Origin: Hypanus sabinus
Taxonomy: Eukaryota
Assembly (NCBI RefSeq): GCF_030144855.1
Contig: NC_082714.1
Span: 49,228,001 to 49,292,000, forward strand
Reading direction: 5' to 3'
DNA: 64,000 bases
Positions 36,081 through 49,000 of this stretch are shown in pieces; within the stretch, counting starts at the first letter, position 1; each line of letters begins with the position of its first letter. A program made the position numbers and the translations under genes. The notes below the pieces were generated by a model. That model saw only the letters and a list, made by a program, of their open reading frames with translations, did no database searches and had not been told where the DNA came from.

Positions 36081-37588
36081 CCCACACTAGGATAGCCCGA
36101 AGGACCATCGTCCAGAATTACCCATCCCATTCTGGAATTTTTAATTTGCGTAATTTTAGTTTGCCCTTGCTTTTCCTAGAAACGCGCAACAGTGCTGGGA
36201 TGAATCGGCAGTTTTGCTGATAAGAGTTAAAGAAGACGGGTTCAAACTAGATGGAATTTTTAAACATAAAATTTTATTTTGCAATTCTACCTTATTGCAA
36301 GTGTTTCTAAAGCATAAATTCACTTGGTGCTTTGGCTTTTGTAAAGAGTGCTGAACGGAATGACATTCTTTACACAACTGTCATGCTCCGAACTAATATA
36401 AGGGATTTTGATCGGACGTTTGATTTCATGGTTTATACGGTAAACTATTAAGAAATAATCATGATTCCTTTTCCTTGTGGAGAAATAACCTTATGTGGAC
36501 ATAGGAATCAGATGGTGGCGCCACAGATTCCAGTCATTGGGTGTTAAAACTGATACGCGAATAGCGAACTGTAAACAGGAACTGTGCACAAAGAATGAAA
36601 CAATAAGAGCAAGAAGGCTAAAGTTTTATGCCCAAGCTTTCGTGGCCTCGGAATTCAATTAAGCGGAACTGCGTTGAGCCATCATGTAATAAAATTCAAC
36701 CCCAAAGGACTGCCAGATTATATTTAAAATGGGGAAGAACATTACTAAATCGCTGATGCAAAACTCTCAGAGAGTAAACCCTCGTAAAAGTGCTGATATC
36801 ACTGCAGATCCCTGTGTACGCACCAGAGCTGCTTTCAATGTACTTTGAGGTGCAATTAGCTCTGTAGTCAGATGGGCTTTTGCTAAGTACTAGAAAAATA
36901 ACATAAGTAGAACTTGGAGTCTGTTTCTTTCAAATCCCTAAAATGGAAAGTAATCTTCCTTTGATAATACTGTGTGCATTGATTCACGTTTGAATTGTCA
37001 AACGTTGGTTAAATATATATAACCCATATTTTATTTTTCAACATGTTTTGAATTCAAGTGAAGGTATTTAAATCCTGGGTAATGGTATTTTGAAATAATT
37101 ACTTATTAAGCTGGAGTTTGATTTATTTTGCTTTTATATACTTAAGATACATTAATTGTTCAAACGGTTGTGATCTGCTGGTTGGGGGGAATCTTGTTTT
37201 TGTCATTTCATTAATGTCAATTCTTGGTAAATTGTCATGATGGCTTTACTCAAAAAATATTCAAAAGGAAAAACGATCTCCAGCATCATCTGGACCAGTG
37301 ACTGCTTGTCTTGTGTTACACATATGTTGGTGGCAGTTACTCTGGCTGTGGTCTAGGCTTCCTGTTTAGATTCTCTCAAAGGGAAATGAGAGGTGAAGAG
37401 GAATGAGGCTTAGCAGCTGGCCACTAAATTTGACATGCAGAAAGACACCTGTAGCAACTTCCTTCAGTGAAACTGCAGAGCCTTTTTGACATCCTGTTAT
37501 CCAAATGGCATTTTGTGTTTGTTCTTCTTCAGATAAAAAAACTTGGCTCTGTAAAAAGTTTTTTTTCCCAAATCTTTTTTCAGGCACC

Positions 37589-37694
37589 ATGGGAGACACT
37601 ATTGAGGACAAGCTGAAGAACTATAAGACTGCTCCTTTTGATGCCAGGTTTCCTAATCAAAACCAAACCAGGAACTGCTTCCAAAATTATGTTG
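37589..37694 (+). CDS. COX6B: Cytochrome c oxidase subunit 6B, coding exon 1
   Basis: CAG|GCACCATGG; [35 protein letters not shown]; G|GTAAGA. Paralog (6B1 or 6B2) not resolved. Confidence 0.95.
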
Positions 37695-39126
37695 GTAAGA
37701 AAATGTTCTGTTGAGACTTGAGTTTAGAAATTGACTGGGCTCGGGAAAGTATGCTTAATGAATAATGTGTATATGGAATGGGGCAATAGGATTTTATTTG
37801 AGGCTGTTTTCTGTGAAACTCTGTTATACTTAAGGCCCATGCATCATGTCCCATTAACATGATAAACACCATTCCTGTTTTGAAGATAAGTCACAGGAAT
37901 GTGTTAGTTGGGACACATAAGAGAAGCCTACCATGAGTTGGTGGTGAGGCTTTAATTCCAGTGTAGACTGGTTGATTAAGTTAGCTACTCTTGAGGTTAT
38001 GATCACAGAGGATTTAGAGATTTTAATGGAAAGAGTATTGTGTCTGAAAATTGCTTGATGGGCAAGTTTCTTCGTACATGCAGCAGGTGTCCATGACTGG
38101 AAACCCTCTTTAACTGGAACTGAATTAGGCCTTATCACGGTACCAGTCATATGTTGGACCTCATTCTACATGGATAGGTCTATAGAATAGCAAATTGTCA
38201 TACAAAGACCCAGAAGAGAAAATGATAGATTATGTATTGTGTGACAGGCATCTAATTGTTATACTTGAGCACTTCTCCCAAGAAATTTAATTGCATTTCA
38301 CATATACCCATTGCATCTTCTTATAAACGTCTGTGTCTGATTCCTTAATTTTGCTACAGCCGAGGGTGGTCGTGGGAATAAGCTGCCACTACCTAGTAAA
38401 TGCTGTCGATGGCGTGCATCTCAAAAAGCCTCCAACGACCAAGTCCAGGTCCTTGCCTTCATGTGTGGCTTAGCTACTAACCCTAGCGAAACTATTTCTA
38501 CTGAAAGGAGAAGGGGCAAAGACGAGTTACTGGCACTTTAAAACCGGTTGCTTTGGTCAGATGGGGCTTGTCAGGCTGGTTGACATTTCATCTGGGAGAA
38601 AGAAAATTCTGATCTCAAACCTCCGCTACCTTGGGGCTCTATTCGCTCACGGCCAAGGCTTTGGGAGTAAATCCCGAGGAAAAGTCCTGTGTTGGAGTCC
38701 TTAAGGCTGTCCTATGTTGAATTCAACACTGGCAACTCCTGTGATGCTGCTGATGCCAAACTGTATTGGTCTCTGTTGTTCATTTGAGTTCATCAGGTGC
38801 ACAAAGAGGTGAAGCTTGCTACATGGGCAACAGCTTGCTCTCCATATTGTACTGCCCTGGTTTGTGAATCACATAGACAGCTGCGATGCAACATCCATGG
38901 TCAACCCCAACTCAAGGGCCTCTTTTGTTATAAAATTTCTTAGTTTCCATGTATGATGTGGGAGCTGAAGAGGAAGTCACTGTTACCTGTTTTAATTTGA
39001 GCTTCAAGAACAGTATTTTTGCACATTTACTTAATCCAAATTAGCAAATTCAATTTGTCCTCAAATGCTCTGGTTTTGCTGCATAAATAGGCACTCTAAA
39101 ATGTCAGAGTGAATTAATGTAAATTA

Positions 39127-39481
39127 AGACCATAAGCTATAGGAGCAGAATTGGGTCCTTTGGTCCATTGAGTCTGTTCTGCTATTCCATTATGGCTGAT
39201 CCATTATTCCTCTCAGCCCCAATCTCCTGGCTTCTCCTTATATTGCCTTGTCCAATCAAGAATCTATCAACTACTGCCTTAAGTACTCTTAAAGACGGCC
39301 TCCACAGCAATGAATTCCACAGATTCACCACTCTCTGGCTAAAAATATTCTTCCTCATCTCCATTCTAAAAGGATAAGATCTTTTAAAAGGATCTGTTCT
39401 GAGGCTGTATCCTCTGGTCTTAGATTCTGCCACCATAAGAAACATCATCTCCACATTGACTCTACCAGGACCTCTCACCAT
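39127..39481 (-). mobile_element. CR1 LINE 3' end (duplicated at 40623-40961)
   Basis: FRMEMRKNIFSQRVVNLWNSL. Confidence 0.8.
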
Positions 39482-39807
39482 TCACTATGCTGCTGAATTG
39501 GGACAGGAAACTGTTGCTGAACAACTTCTAATTAGCATCAGTTGTGTGCACGTATTGTGGCCATTGGACACCACACCATGCTTAGAGCAAATAGTTTATA
39601 AATAGTGTCAGTTGCATCTGTTTGGGTTCAAAAATCGGTTATTTTTGTCACTGATAGCTGGCTTGAAATAAACAGTAAGACAATTCAGAATTGTTTTGCT
39701 CACTGATTTCAAGCACTCAGGCTTGGAGACTGCTGGGAATGAAACAACTTCAGTATTTCAGCAAATTATGAACTAATGAAGAATTTGAAGGTATCTACAA
39801 TCAACTT

Positions 39808-40018
39808 GGCCAGCTGGTGGCATAGTGGCATCAGCGCTGGACTTCAGGATGAGAGGTCCCGAGTTCAAATCCGGCCGGCTCCCTTGCACGCTCGCCATCC
39901 GGTCCTGAGTTGAGTGTCAAGCTAACAACTTGACATCGGTTTTAAAAAAAAACAACCTGGAGAGGGATGAAACCACCAGGCTTCAGATGCCCAAGACACG
40001 CCATACGATGCGCATACC
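39808..40018 (+). mobile_element. tRNA-derived SINE with Pol III boxes
   Basis: A box TGGCATAGTGG (39818-39828), B box GAGTTCAAATCC (39861-39872), A-rich tract at about 39943. Confidence 0.75.
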
Positions 40019-40131
40019 AAAATGAAGATTTGGACAGTTTCTAACTAGCCTCAGTCATGTGATCATGCTTGGAGTGATCAGATTTAAATAGCACCTGTTG
40101 CGTTTGCTTATTATTTATTTAGGCCAACTGA

Positions 40132-40615
40132 TATAACCATATAACAATTACAGCACGGAAACAGGCAATCTCGGCCCTTCTAGTCCATACCGAATGCTTA
40201 CTCTTAGCTAGTCCCACCAATCTGCACTCAGCCCATAAACCTCCATTCCTTTCCTGTCCATATACCTATCCAAATTTACTTTAAGTGACAATATCAAACC
40301 TGTCTCTACCACTTCTACTGGAAGCTCATTCCACACAGCTGCCACTTTCTGAGTAAAGAAGTTCTCCCTCATGTTACACCTAAACTTTTGCCCCCTAACT
40401 CTCCACTCATGTCCTCCTGTTTGAATCTCCCCTACTCTCAATGAAAAAAGCCTATCCACGTCAACTCCATCTATCCCCCTCATAATTTTAAATATCAAGT
40501 CCCCCCTCAACCTTCTATGCTCCAAAGAATAAAGACCTAACTTGTTCAACCTTTCCCTGTAACTTAGATGCTGAAACCTAGGTAACATTCTAGTAAATCT
40601 TCTCTGTACTCTCTT
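40132..40615 (-). mobile_element. CR1 LINE 3' end (same family on plus at about 46405-46610)
   Basis: LSYRERLNKLGLYSLEHRRLRGDLI...FFTQKVAAVWNELP. Confidence 0.85.
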
Positions 40616-42544
40616 TTTTGATGCAGAATTAGGTCCTTTGGCCCATTGAGTCTGTTCTGCTATTTCATTATGGCTGATCTATTATTCCTCTCAGCCCCAA
40701 TCTCCTGGCTTCTCCTTGTATTGCCTTGTCCAATCAAGAATCTATCAACCTCTGCCTTAAGTACTCTTAAAGACTTGGCCTCCACAGCAACAAATTCAAC
40801 AGATTCACCACTCTCTGGCTAAAAATATTCTTCCTCATCTCCATTCTAAAAGGATAAGATCTTTTAAAAGGATCTGGTCTGAGGCTGTGTCTTCTGGTCT
40901 TAGACTCTGCCACCATAAGAAACATCATCTCCACATTGACTCTACCAGGACCTCTCACCATTCACTATGCTGCTGAATTGGGACACCATGTACTTGTAAC
41001 TCAGTTAAGTGGTATTGTCTTTTTTTTTAAAGCTATTTCTATGTATCTTGAATAATTGTGGCAGCAGCTTAATTGGGCCAAAATGTACTGGTCCCGATGT
41101 GACACACTTAACTGGAATCCATAGTGTGGCCAAGTTTTGGCTTTGAATTTTCAGTAGCAGTTGATATCAATGTAATCTATTCACTAGGTTAGGCATTAGA
41201 AGATTTTTCACGAGGTGGACACCTCACTTGCAGACCGTCAGAGAGTGGGTGACCAACAGACAAACAAGGAGTCCCACACCTACACTTAGCTCAGAATAAA
41301 TGCAAAATCCATGCCAGTATAGGTAGTTTAGATGTACAGTAAATGAAGAAGAACAGGAAAGCAAAAGTGATTCTATAATTAAGGGAGTGGCTGCAAATAC
41401 AATTCTAGGGCAATTTCTTCCTCTTGTAATAGGGTTAGGGATCTTACAGTGGCTGCAAAACACTCTGTGAAGTTGAGAGTTTGTAAGGATAGAGGGTTGC
41501 CATTGGACGGGGAACAAGGTGGAGCTCATGATCCATTGAGTTAAATGGAAGGAAGAAATTGGGTCCTGCAGTTAAATTTTAGGGAGCTCACAAAGATTAA
41601 TATGTACATCAAAATAAGATGTGTGAAACTAGGCAAATAGAACATCCATAGAAATAGAAATATCCATGGCAGAAGATTTTGGCAGTAGAGTTCATAATGT
41701 AGTTATGGTAAGAACAAAATTGACTACATTTGATGTCACTTCTTGGAAAATATCTACTTTATTAAGTTACAAAATAACAACAGAATGGTCAGGAAATAGC
41801 TACTTGAAGGTAAAATGATTTCATAGCTGTTTAATAGTACAGAAATAGGAGGATAATACATATATTATCCAACTAGAGAGGATGCTGCAGGAGGGGCTCT
41901 CATGGGGAATGGAACTGGTTCCAAGGGAGCTAGGAGCTGTAGAAGTTGGATGGATCAATCTCTCAATGGTATCATCTTGGGAAATTTGCTACTCCTGTTA
42001 GGTGTCTAAATTAGTTGGACATATTAGTAAAGTCAAACCATCTGAAGAATTTTATGTATTCATCAAAGTAATGCAACAAATAATTGAGCTTCTGTTCAAA
42101 ATGGTTTGGAATTCATCATAATTTTTCAGTCTTAAATATTTAATTTTGTTCACTATTTTTCTTAATTTGAAGTATTGGGAGAACAGCTTGACTTTTGTTT
42201 CATTTTTTAGGGAGATAGTTATGATAGCATTCCTATTTTAGAGCTGAATACACTAATCAGCATCCTCTCTAACATAGGCATGTTTGGAAATTTAATTAAG
42301 TTTGGGAAGAAGCTAGACAACAAAAGTGTATTGTTTAACAATCTGTTTAATGTATAATGCAGTATCATGCAAGGGAAACAAATTGAGAATAGATGGAAGA
42401 AAGCAGTATGTACAGAAACATTGCTTTAAAAAGTCAAGAAAAACATTTTCTGCTTGGTTTTCAAATTAGAGTAGGGAGATTGGAGTATTAGTTAATTAAA
42501 TATTGACCATCAGGGATTATTAATTGAAATGAGGAAGTAGTAAA

Positions 42545-42740
42545 TAAACATGAGAAAAAAGCAGATGCTAGAGATCTAAGCTGCACACAAAAAATGCTGG
42601 AGGAACTCAGCAGTTCAGGCAACATCAATGGAAAATAGTAAACAAGTAATGTTTCAGTCAAGACCCTTCAGGACTCATGATCAGGATCAGTCCTGATAAA
42701 GGGTCTCGGCCCAAAATGTCAGCTGCTTACTCCTTTTCAT
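42545..42740. mobile_element. Foldback Penelope-like ends with degenerate hammerhead motifs
   Basis: GTTTCAGTCAAGACCCTTCAGGAC followed by CAGTCCTGATAAAGGGTCTCGGCCCAAAATGTC. Confidence 0.65.
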
Positions 42741-42744
42741 CATC

Positions 42745-43690
42745 ATCAAGAGTGATCACTTGTAGTCTGGTATAATTCTTCTGGTGGTTGATCTGGTCAC
42801 TTGTGGGTCTTGAGATGACTGAAGAGGCTGATCCATGATCCACAAGTCCTATTCAGTGTTGGCAGGTGTAGGTCATTGAAGTGGTGAAAGGTATAGCTGG
42901 TTGGGCATTTCCCAGCCTGTCCTTACATTGAAGCCGCTTAGTCTTAGCGGCACGGTGGAGGTATTCTTTGAGTTGTGCGGTCCTCTCATAGACAGCCCTT
43001 CTCCAGCTTTCCCTATCCTGTGCTAATTTCTCCCATCCATTCAGGTTCCATTCACTTCCTCAGGTGGGTCTTGATACTGTCCCTGAACTGCTTTTCTGCC
43101 CTCCAGGAGTGCACTTTGCATCCTTGAGTTGGTCAAACAGGAGTTGCTTAGGGAGGTGGGAGTCAGTCATGTGGATGATGTGGCTAACCTATCTCAATTG
43201 GTGTTGAGTTACAGTTGTAGCTATGGAGTTAATGTTAGCTTCCTCCAGAAATCTGGATTTAATACACCTGTTCTACTAGCTAACTCTCAAAATCTTTTGG
43301 AGGCATCTTGGATGCTAGTTTCTAGGGATTTTAAGTGTATGTTGTCCATGACTCTGCTCCATATAGCAGGAGTGGAGGACTGTAGCTTTATAGACAAGAA
43401 GGTTAGTGTTGGTCTTGATAAAAAATCTTCAGAAACTCTTTCTCAGCCTAGCAAAAGCTCCACTTGCAGAGCCTATTCTGCAATTTATCTCATGATCAAT
43501 CTTGGCTCTTGAAGAAAGTACTCTGCCAAGGTATGGGAAGTGATTAGTGTCCTGCAGAAGGATGCTGTGAATTTGGTGATTGGAGGGTGAGGAGCTTGAT
43601 CTGGAGCAGGTTGGTACAGGACTTCGATTTTCTTGCTGTTTAAAACAAGCCCCAGGAGCTTGTATTCTCTGGCAAAACCGTCTATTATGC
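42745..43690 (-). mobile_element. RTE-clade LINE 3' part
   Basis: HFPYLGRVLSSRAKIDHEINCRIGSASGAFARLRK. Confidence 0.8.
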
Positions 43691-44719
43691 ATAGATACTG
43701 CCTGATCTGTTGAGTTCGTCCAGCATTTTGTGTCACAAGTTAGTAAATAAATTTGCCCCATGCTATCTACCCTCCTCCAAGTAGAATGGCAAAGGGAGTG
43801 AGAAGAGGAGTTATGTAGGCAGATTTCTGAGTACAGTAATAATGAGAAGGAATAAGAGGTATTTTTAGCCATGCCAATTAACTGGAATAAAATTGGTGGT
43901 AATAACACCAACTTCTTACATTTAGAACTTAGTGTGGAGTGTTCCGTTAAAGGAGAAGCTGTTGTGGAAACTTTAATGAGTGAAACCGGGGGAAAATATC
44001 CAGTAAGAGACCATTATGGCAGAAAGCTTGGTCATTTAGTTAAATTGTTATTGGGAAGAAATAAGTAGGTAAAGTTCAGTCTGGTGAAGGCTGTCTAATA
44101 TAATTTACCAAAGTATTCTGGAAACAGTTACTTAAAGTTTTTTGAGTTTTACTGTAGCAACAAGCATTTGAGGCAGAGATAGCAGGTTTTTAGGGCAAAT
44201 AGGAGTCAGATCGAGTGGCATTCAAATCCAAAGGCCTCTGGAAATCAAAGTATTTGGAGGCAAAAGAAACTTGAGAAATACCAATAAGTAGTTACTGCAT
44301 CAATTTTAAATTACAGAAGTCGCATGGGTAAGATTTCAAGAGTATTGTACTTTTATGAGTAGATAAATCGAGTCCATATAAAATCTTGTTAAGAGAAGGA
44401 ATAGAGGCCCTGAGCTTCAATTTCCAATCCTTTCTGGTATGGTGTGAGGGATTGGACAGCTACAATTGCAGGACTACTTTTATTCAAAAGAAAGGGGTTG
44501 ACTTTTTAACTATAAGTCAACCTTGTACTGATGGAGGACAAATTATTGAAAAAAAATCTTGACAATAGCATAATTGTACCATTAATATTAATCTACGTAG
44601 GAAACATAGATTCTTGAAGAACTGTCAGCTTGGATTTGTTAAGGAGATTTGCTTTTGAAGATGAATCATTTAAGACTGGGCAGTTGACAAGGTGTCATAA
44701 GATAGACAGTCTTTAAAAA

Positions 44720-45610
44720 CAAACATAGAAAACCTACAGCACAATATAGGCCCTTCGGCCCACAATGCTGTGCTTAACATGTACTTACATTAGAAATTAC
44801 CCAGGGTTATCCATTGCCTTCTGTTTTTCTAAGCTCCATGTCCCTATCCAGGAGTCTCTCAAATGACTCTATTGTATCTGCCTCCACCACAGTCACTGGC
44901 AGCCTATTCCATGCACTCACCACACTTTTTTTTTAAAAAAACAGCTTAAACCTGACATCCCCTCTGTACCTACTTCCAAGCACCTTAAAACTGCCTTTTC
45001 ATGTTAGCCATTTCAACCCTGGGGAAAAACCGTCTGATTATCTGCATGATCAATGCCTCTCATTATCTCGTACACCTCTATCAGGTCACCTCTCATCCTC
45101 TGTCACTCAAAGGAGAAAAGGCCAAGTTCGTTCGGCCTATTTTCTTAAGGCATGCTCCCAATCCAGGCAACATCCTTGTAAATCTCTGCACCGTTTCTAT
45201 AGTTTTCACATTCTTACTGTAGTGAGGTGACCAGAACTGAGCACAGTACTCGAAGTGGGGTCTCATCAGGGTCCTATATAGCTGTAACATTACCTCTTGG
45301 CTCTTGAACTCAATCCCACGGTTAATGAAGGCCAATACACCATATGCTCACCTGCGCAACAGCTTTGAGTGTCCTAGGGACTCGGACCCCAAGATCCCTC
45401 TGATCCTCCACACAGCAAGAGTCTTACCATTAATACTATATTCTGCCATCATATTTGACCTACCAAAATGAACCACCTTACACTTATCAATGTTGAATTC
45501 CATCTGCCACTTCTCAAGCCCAGTTTTGCATCCTATCAATGTCCCGCTGTAACCTCTGACAGCCCTCCACACTATCCACAACACCTCCAACCTTTGTGTC
45601 ATCAACATGT
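44720..45610 (-). mobile_element. CR1 LINE 3' part
   Basis: WQMEFNIDKCKVVHFG; LYRTLMRPHFEYCAQFWSPHY. Confidence 0.88.
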
Positions 45611-45708
45611 TTATAATATTGAGGAAAGTCAATTTCAAAATTGAGTCTGGGCAGGACAGAATATGATTGGATAATTATGGCCAAGCTGTATTTGCAATTG
45701 TTTTACAG

Positions 45709-45809
45709 ATTTCCATCGTTGTACCAAAGCATTGACTGCAAAAGGTGTTGATACTTCTCCCTGTGAATGGTATCAAAGGGTGTTCAAGTCAATCTGCCCC
45801 ATTTCATGG
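45709..45809 (+). CDS. COX6B: COX6B coding exon 2
   Basis: [34 protein letters not shown]; completes the twin Cx9C/Cx10C motif. Confidence 0.95.
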
Positions 45810-46037
45810 GTAAGTGATGCAATAGTATGCATTTATAAAATTAAAAATCATACTGGCTTTCATTTGTAAACCAGTTTAAACCAGTTTAATTTTTAAATTA
45901 ATACTTTAAATTGATCACATTTAGCATTTCATTTTATATTTATTGAAGAAAATAGCTGATCAATTTAAAATCAGAAATTTTACTGAATCCATTAAATTAT
46001 TTACTGTGAAGTAACTATTGTTATTTTGTACTTTTAG

Positions 46038-46091
46038 ATAAAGAAATGGGATGATCAGTTGGAGCAAGGCACATTTCCTGGAAAAATCTAA
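46038..46091 (+). CDS. COX6B: COX6B last exon; 86 aa total
   Basis: IKKWDDQLEQGTFPGKI*; AATAAA at 46153-46158. Confidence 0.95.
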   Translation: MKKWDDQLEQGTFPGKI

Positions 46092-49000
46092 GCAATTATT
46101 GCAACCATATTAAAACAATTACTGTGGTTTTAAAACTTGCATCTTATACCAAAATAAATTCTGCAAGTTGAACTTAAGTACTTTTGTTTTCTCTGCTTAT
46201 TCTTGTGTTTATAATTACATTGTTGTGGAATTAGAGCAGTAGATCATTTGAAAAAAATGTTATCTACCATAATTTTCCTCAGGAAAGGGCCAAATATTCA
46301 TTATGCATTTTCAAGTGTTTGTAAGGAAATATTGTATCATCTTGGCAATGAACTTCAACATCATAAATGAGAGCACAAAATTATAGACCAGGTACTAGAT
46401 ACTAGATTGTGGAACGAGCTTCCAGTAGAAGTGGTAGAGGCAGGTTCGATTTTGTCATTTAAAAAAAAATATGGATAGTTATATGGACAGGAAAGGAATG
46501 GAGGGTTATGGGCTGAGTGCAGGTAGGTGGGACTAGGTGAGAGTAAGCATTCAGCATGGACTAGAAGGGCCGAGATGGCCTGTTTTCGTGCTGTAATTGT
46601 TATATGGTTAGATTAACTACAAACAGTTTTCAACTAATGATTGAAAGAATTGGACGTATTTTGCCTTTTACAATATAACATCATGTTGTTGTTCTCTGCT
46701 GGTTAAATTCAGATGACATGATTATTTGTAAGAGTCATCAGTTATATCATCAGAAATGATCGTTTAGCTGCACTGTTTAGGTTTTACCAACTCGGAGTGC
46801 AGAGGACACAAATACAAGATCTAGAACAAATTCTTAAAATATAAACCATGCTGATATCCTGTGCTTTTCTGAGCATTATACTGTTAGAAATGCCACCTCT
46901 TGTGGAAGATGTAAATTAAGGCCAGTCCTTTCTCCAGAGCTGAAAATGAATCATCATATTGTATAAATGCAAAATAAAAGCTGCCCAATAAATTTTCAGC
47001 AGGTAAAGATAATGAAGCCAATTCAGGAGGAAACAGTAAACATGCCAACTGTTTGAAAATAAGATCTACATGTGCTTTTGTATTTTCCTCTGAATGATGG
47101 GTGTGAAATGTTAGATTGATTTTATCAAGTTTTAACAAGGACATTTGAGTTTCCTTTATTTTGACTGGCCCTTTGGATACTTGAATTATTTTGGCATCCC
47201 ATAGTCTCCATGTTACCCTATTATTGCACACTGGATGACAAGCTCTCTTGTACTACTAACATGGCTTGAAACTCAGATAAACCAAACAAGCATATGCCAT
47301 GTTGTATCAGACTCTCTGCACTGAGTAGATTTTCCAGTCTACTTAAGAGTTACAGACTATGTTAAAGGACTTGCAATGGTTTCAGATGAGTTGATAAATA
47401 ATTTCTCTTAGACATGCATATGTTAATAGGCACTTCCTGTCAAAGATTTCATAAATGATGGAACTTGGCAGCTGCTAGAAGACAGGAAAGAGAATTGTGG
47501 GGGAGCTCATGGGAGGAACCATATCCACTTGGATGTTCATTCAACAGTATGAGACTAGGACCTCCGAGGAAGAATTTGAGCTGCCAGTGCTTTAAAGTAC
47601 ATTCTCCCTGCAATGTGCTACCATACTTCAATCTCAAAATGTTGATTGTAGTTTATCTGGTGCCTTACAGGTGCTATCATCAGAATCCGAATCCTTTATT
47701 ATCGCCAAGTATGAGGACACATACAGGGAATTTGATGCCAGTTTCCCTGAGCTCCCTCTGTACAGAATAGTGTGATCTTTTGGTTCAGACATCAAACCAA
47801 TGCCCTGCCTATTTTCTGAGGGATATATAAAGATCTGAGTGGAGGGAGGTTTCCCAGTCAATATTTTTTTGTTTTGTTGGGAGGATGTGGGAGGTTTTAT
47901 ATAAATTCAACACAAACTGAGGCAATGGCTAATTGACACAGGAATAGACTTAATGCTTAAAAAAAAACCTTGCTTCAGCCATTCTGGGATATGAGTCAAC
48001 CAGAAAAAAGGCACTGCTTGACCAATGTCTTGTCCATTATCTGCTCAATATAATATTTGAAAAGATTATGGCTGTAACCTTGCTGGGCTATCTATCAAAA
48101 CAAGCAAATTTGGAACAATTTCAGCTACAGAGATTAATACAGATCTTAAACATTGACAAGTATTAGTGTTAAGTCTCACTGCTTACTGCTGCTGCACTGC
48201 TCAGATTGCAGTTGCAGAATGGCAATATCTCAAAGCACTGTCTCTTACCTGATTTTCCACTCTGACCAGGTACAAAAGGGGATGTAATCATGAGTCACCT
48301 TGGATTTTTTTTCTTTCCATATTCAAACTTTATTAATGCAAAGTTAATCTGTAAAGCTTGGTCACTAGTGGTTTCATTTTCAACAGCTTGTTTAGCAATT
48401 TCCCCTTTTGTGATGCAATTTGGCTAACGATTTAGCTGCTGGAGGTTTGAGAGGGAAAGTTAAGGATTTACTAGCTGTTATTGCTGACTTCCAATCAAAC
48501 AATTCCCCTTTCCTGAAAATGGTTATTTCCTATCTTTCTAGCTTAACATTTGGTAAATTGGTTTATTATTGTCATACCAAGCCATAATGCTTTTTATGGT
48601 GCACAGATAAAAATTGGTGAGAGTCATAATAAACTTTTTCTGAGGAATTGAGGTATGCTAAACATGGTGATGCCAGTGTGGCGATTTGTTCAAAGCTGCA
48701 TTTCCCTACAATGTTGTTCGATAAGTCTCGGGCAGTAATGATTACTGATTTCACCACATTCAGCTTGGTAATGATTGATGCTGAACACTAACTGCAAAGC
48801 TTTATGGCTGCAAGGTGCAATGGATTGCCAAGTTAGTTTCCATATCCTGGTAAAGTTCGTTTGGAAGAGTGCAGAACATTGACCAGAGGCCCACCTCAGT
48901 AAAATCTAGGTGATCTGGAAATTTGAACAACAGCATCTTATGTTTAGAAGTACAAAATATTTGTGTCATGATGCCATCAAATGATTTAGAAAGTCATTAA

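Noticed and set aside
37505-37588. Upstream in-frame ATG extension of COX6B
   Set aside because: Lies upstream of the pyrimidine tract and acceptor at 37583. The real start is the Kozak ATG at 37589.
39808-39880. Possible tRNA gene
   Set aside because: A and B boxes are present, but there is no convincing cloverleaf and it continues into a SINE body and A-tail.
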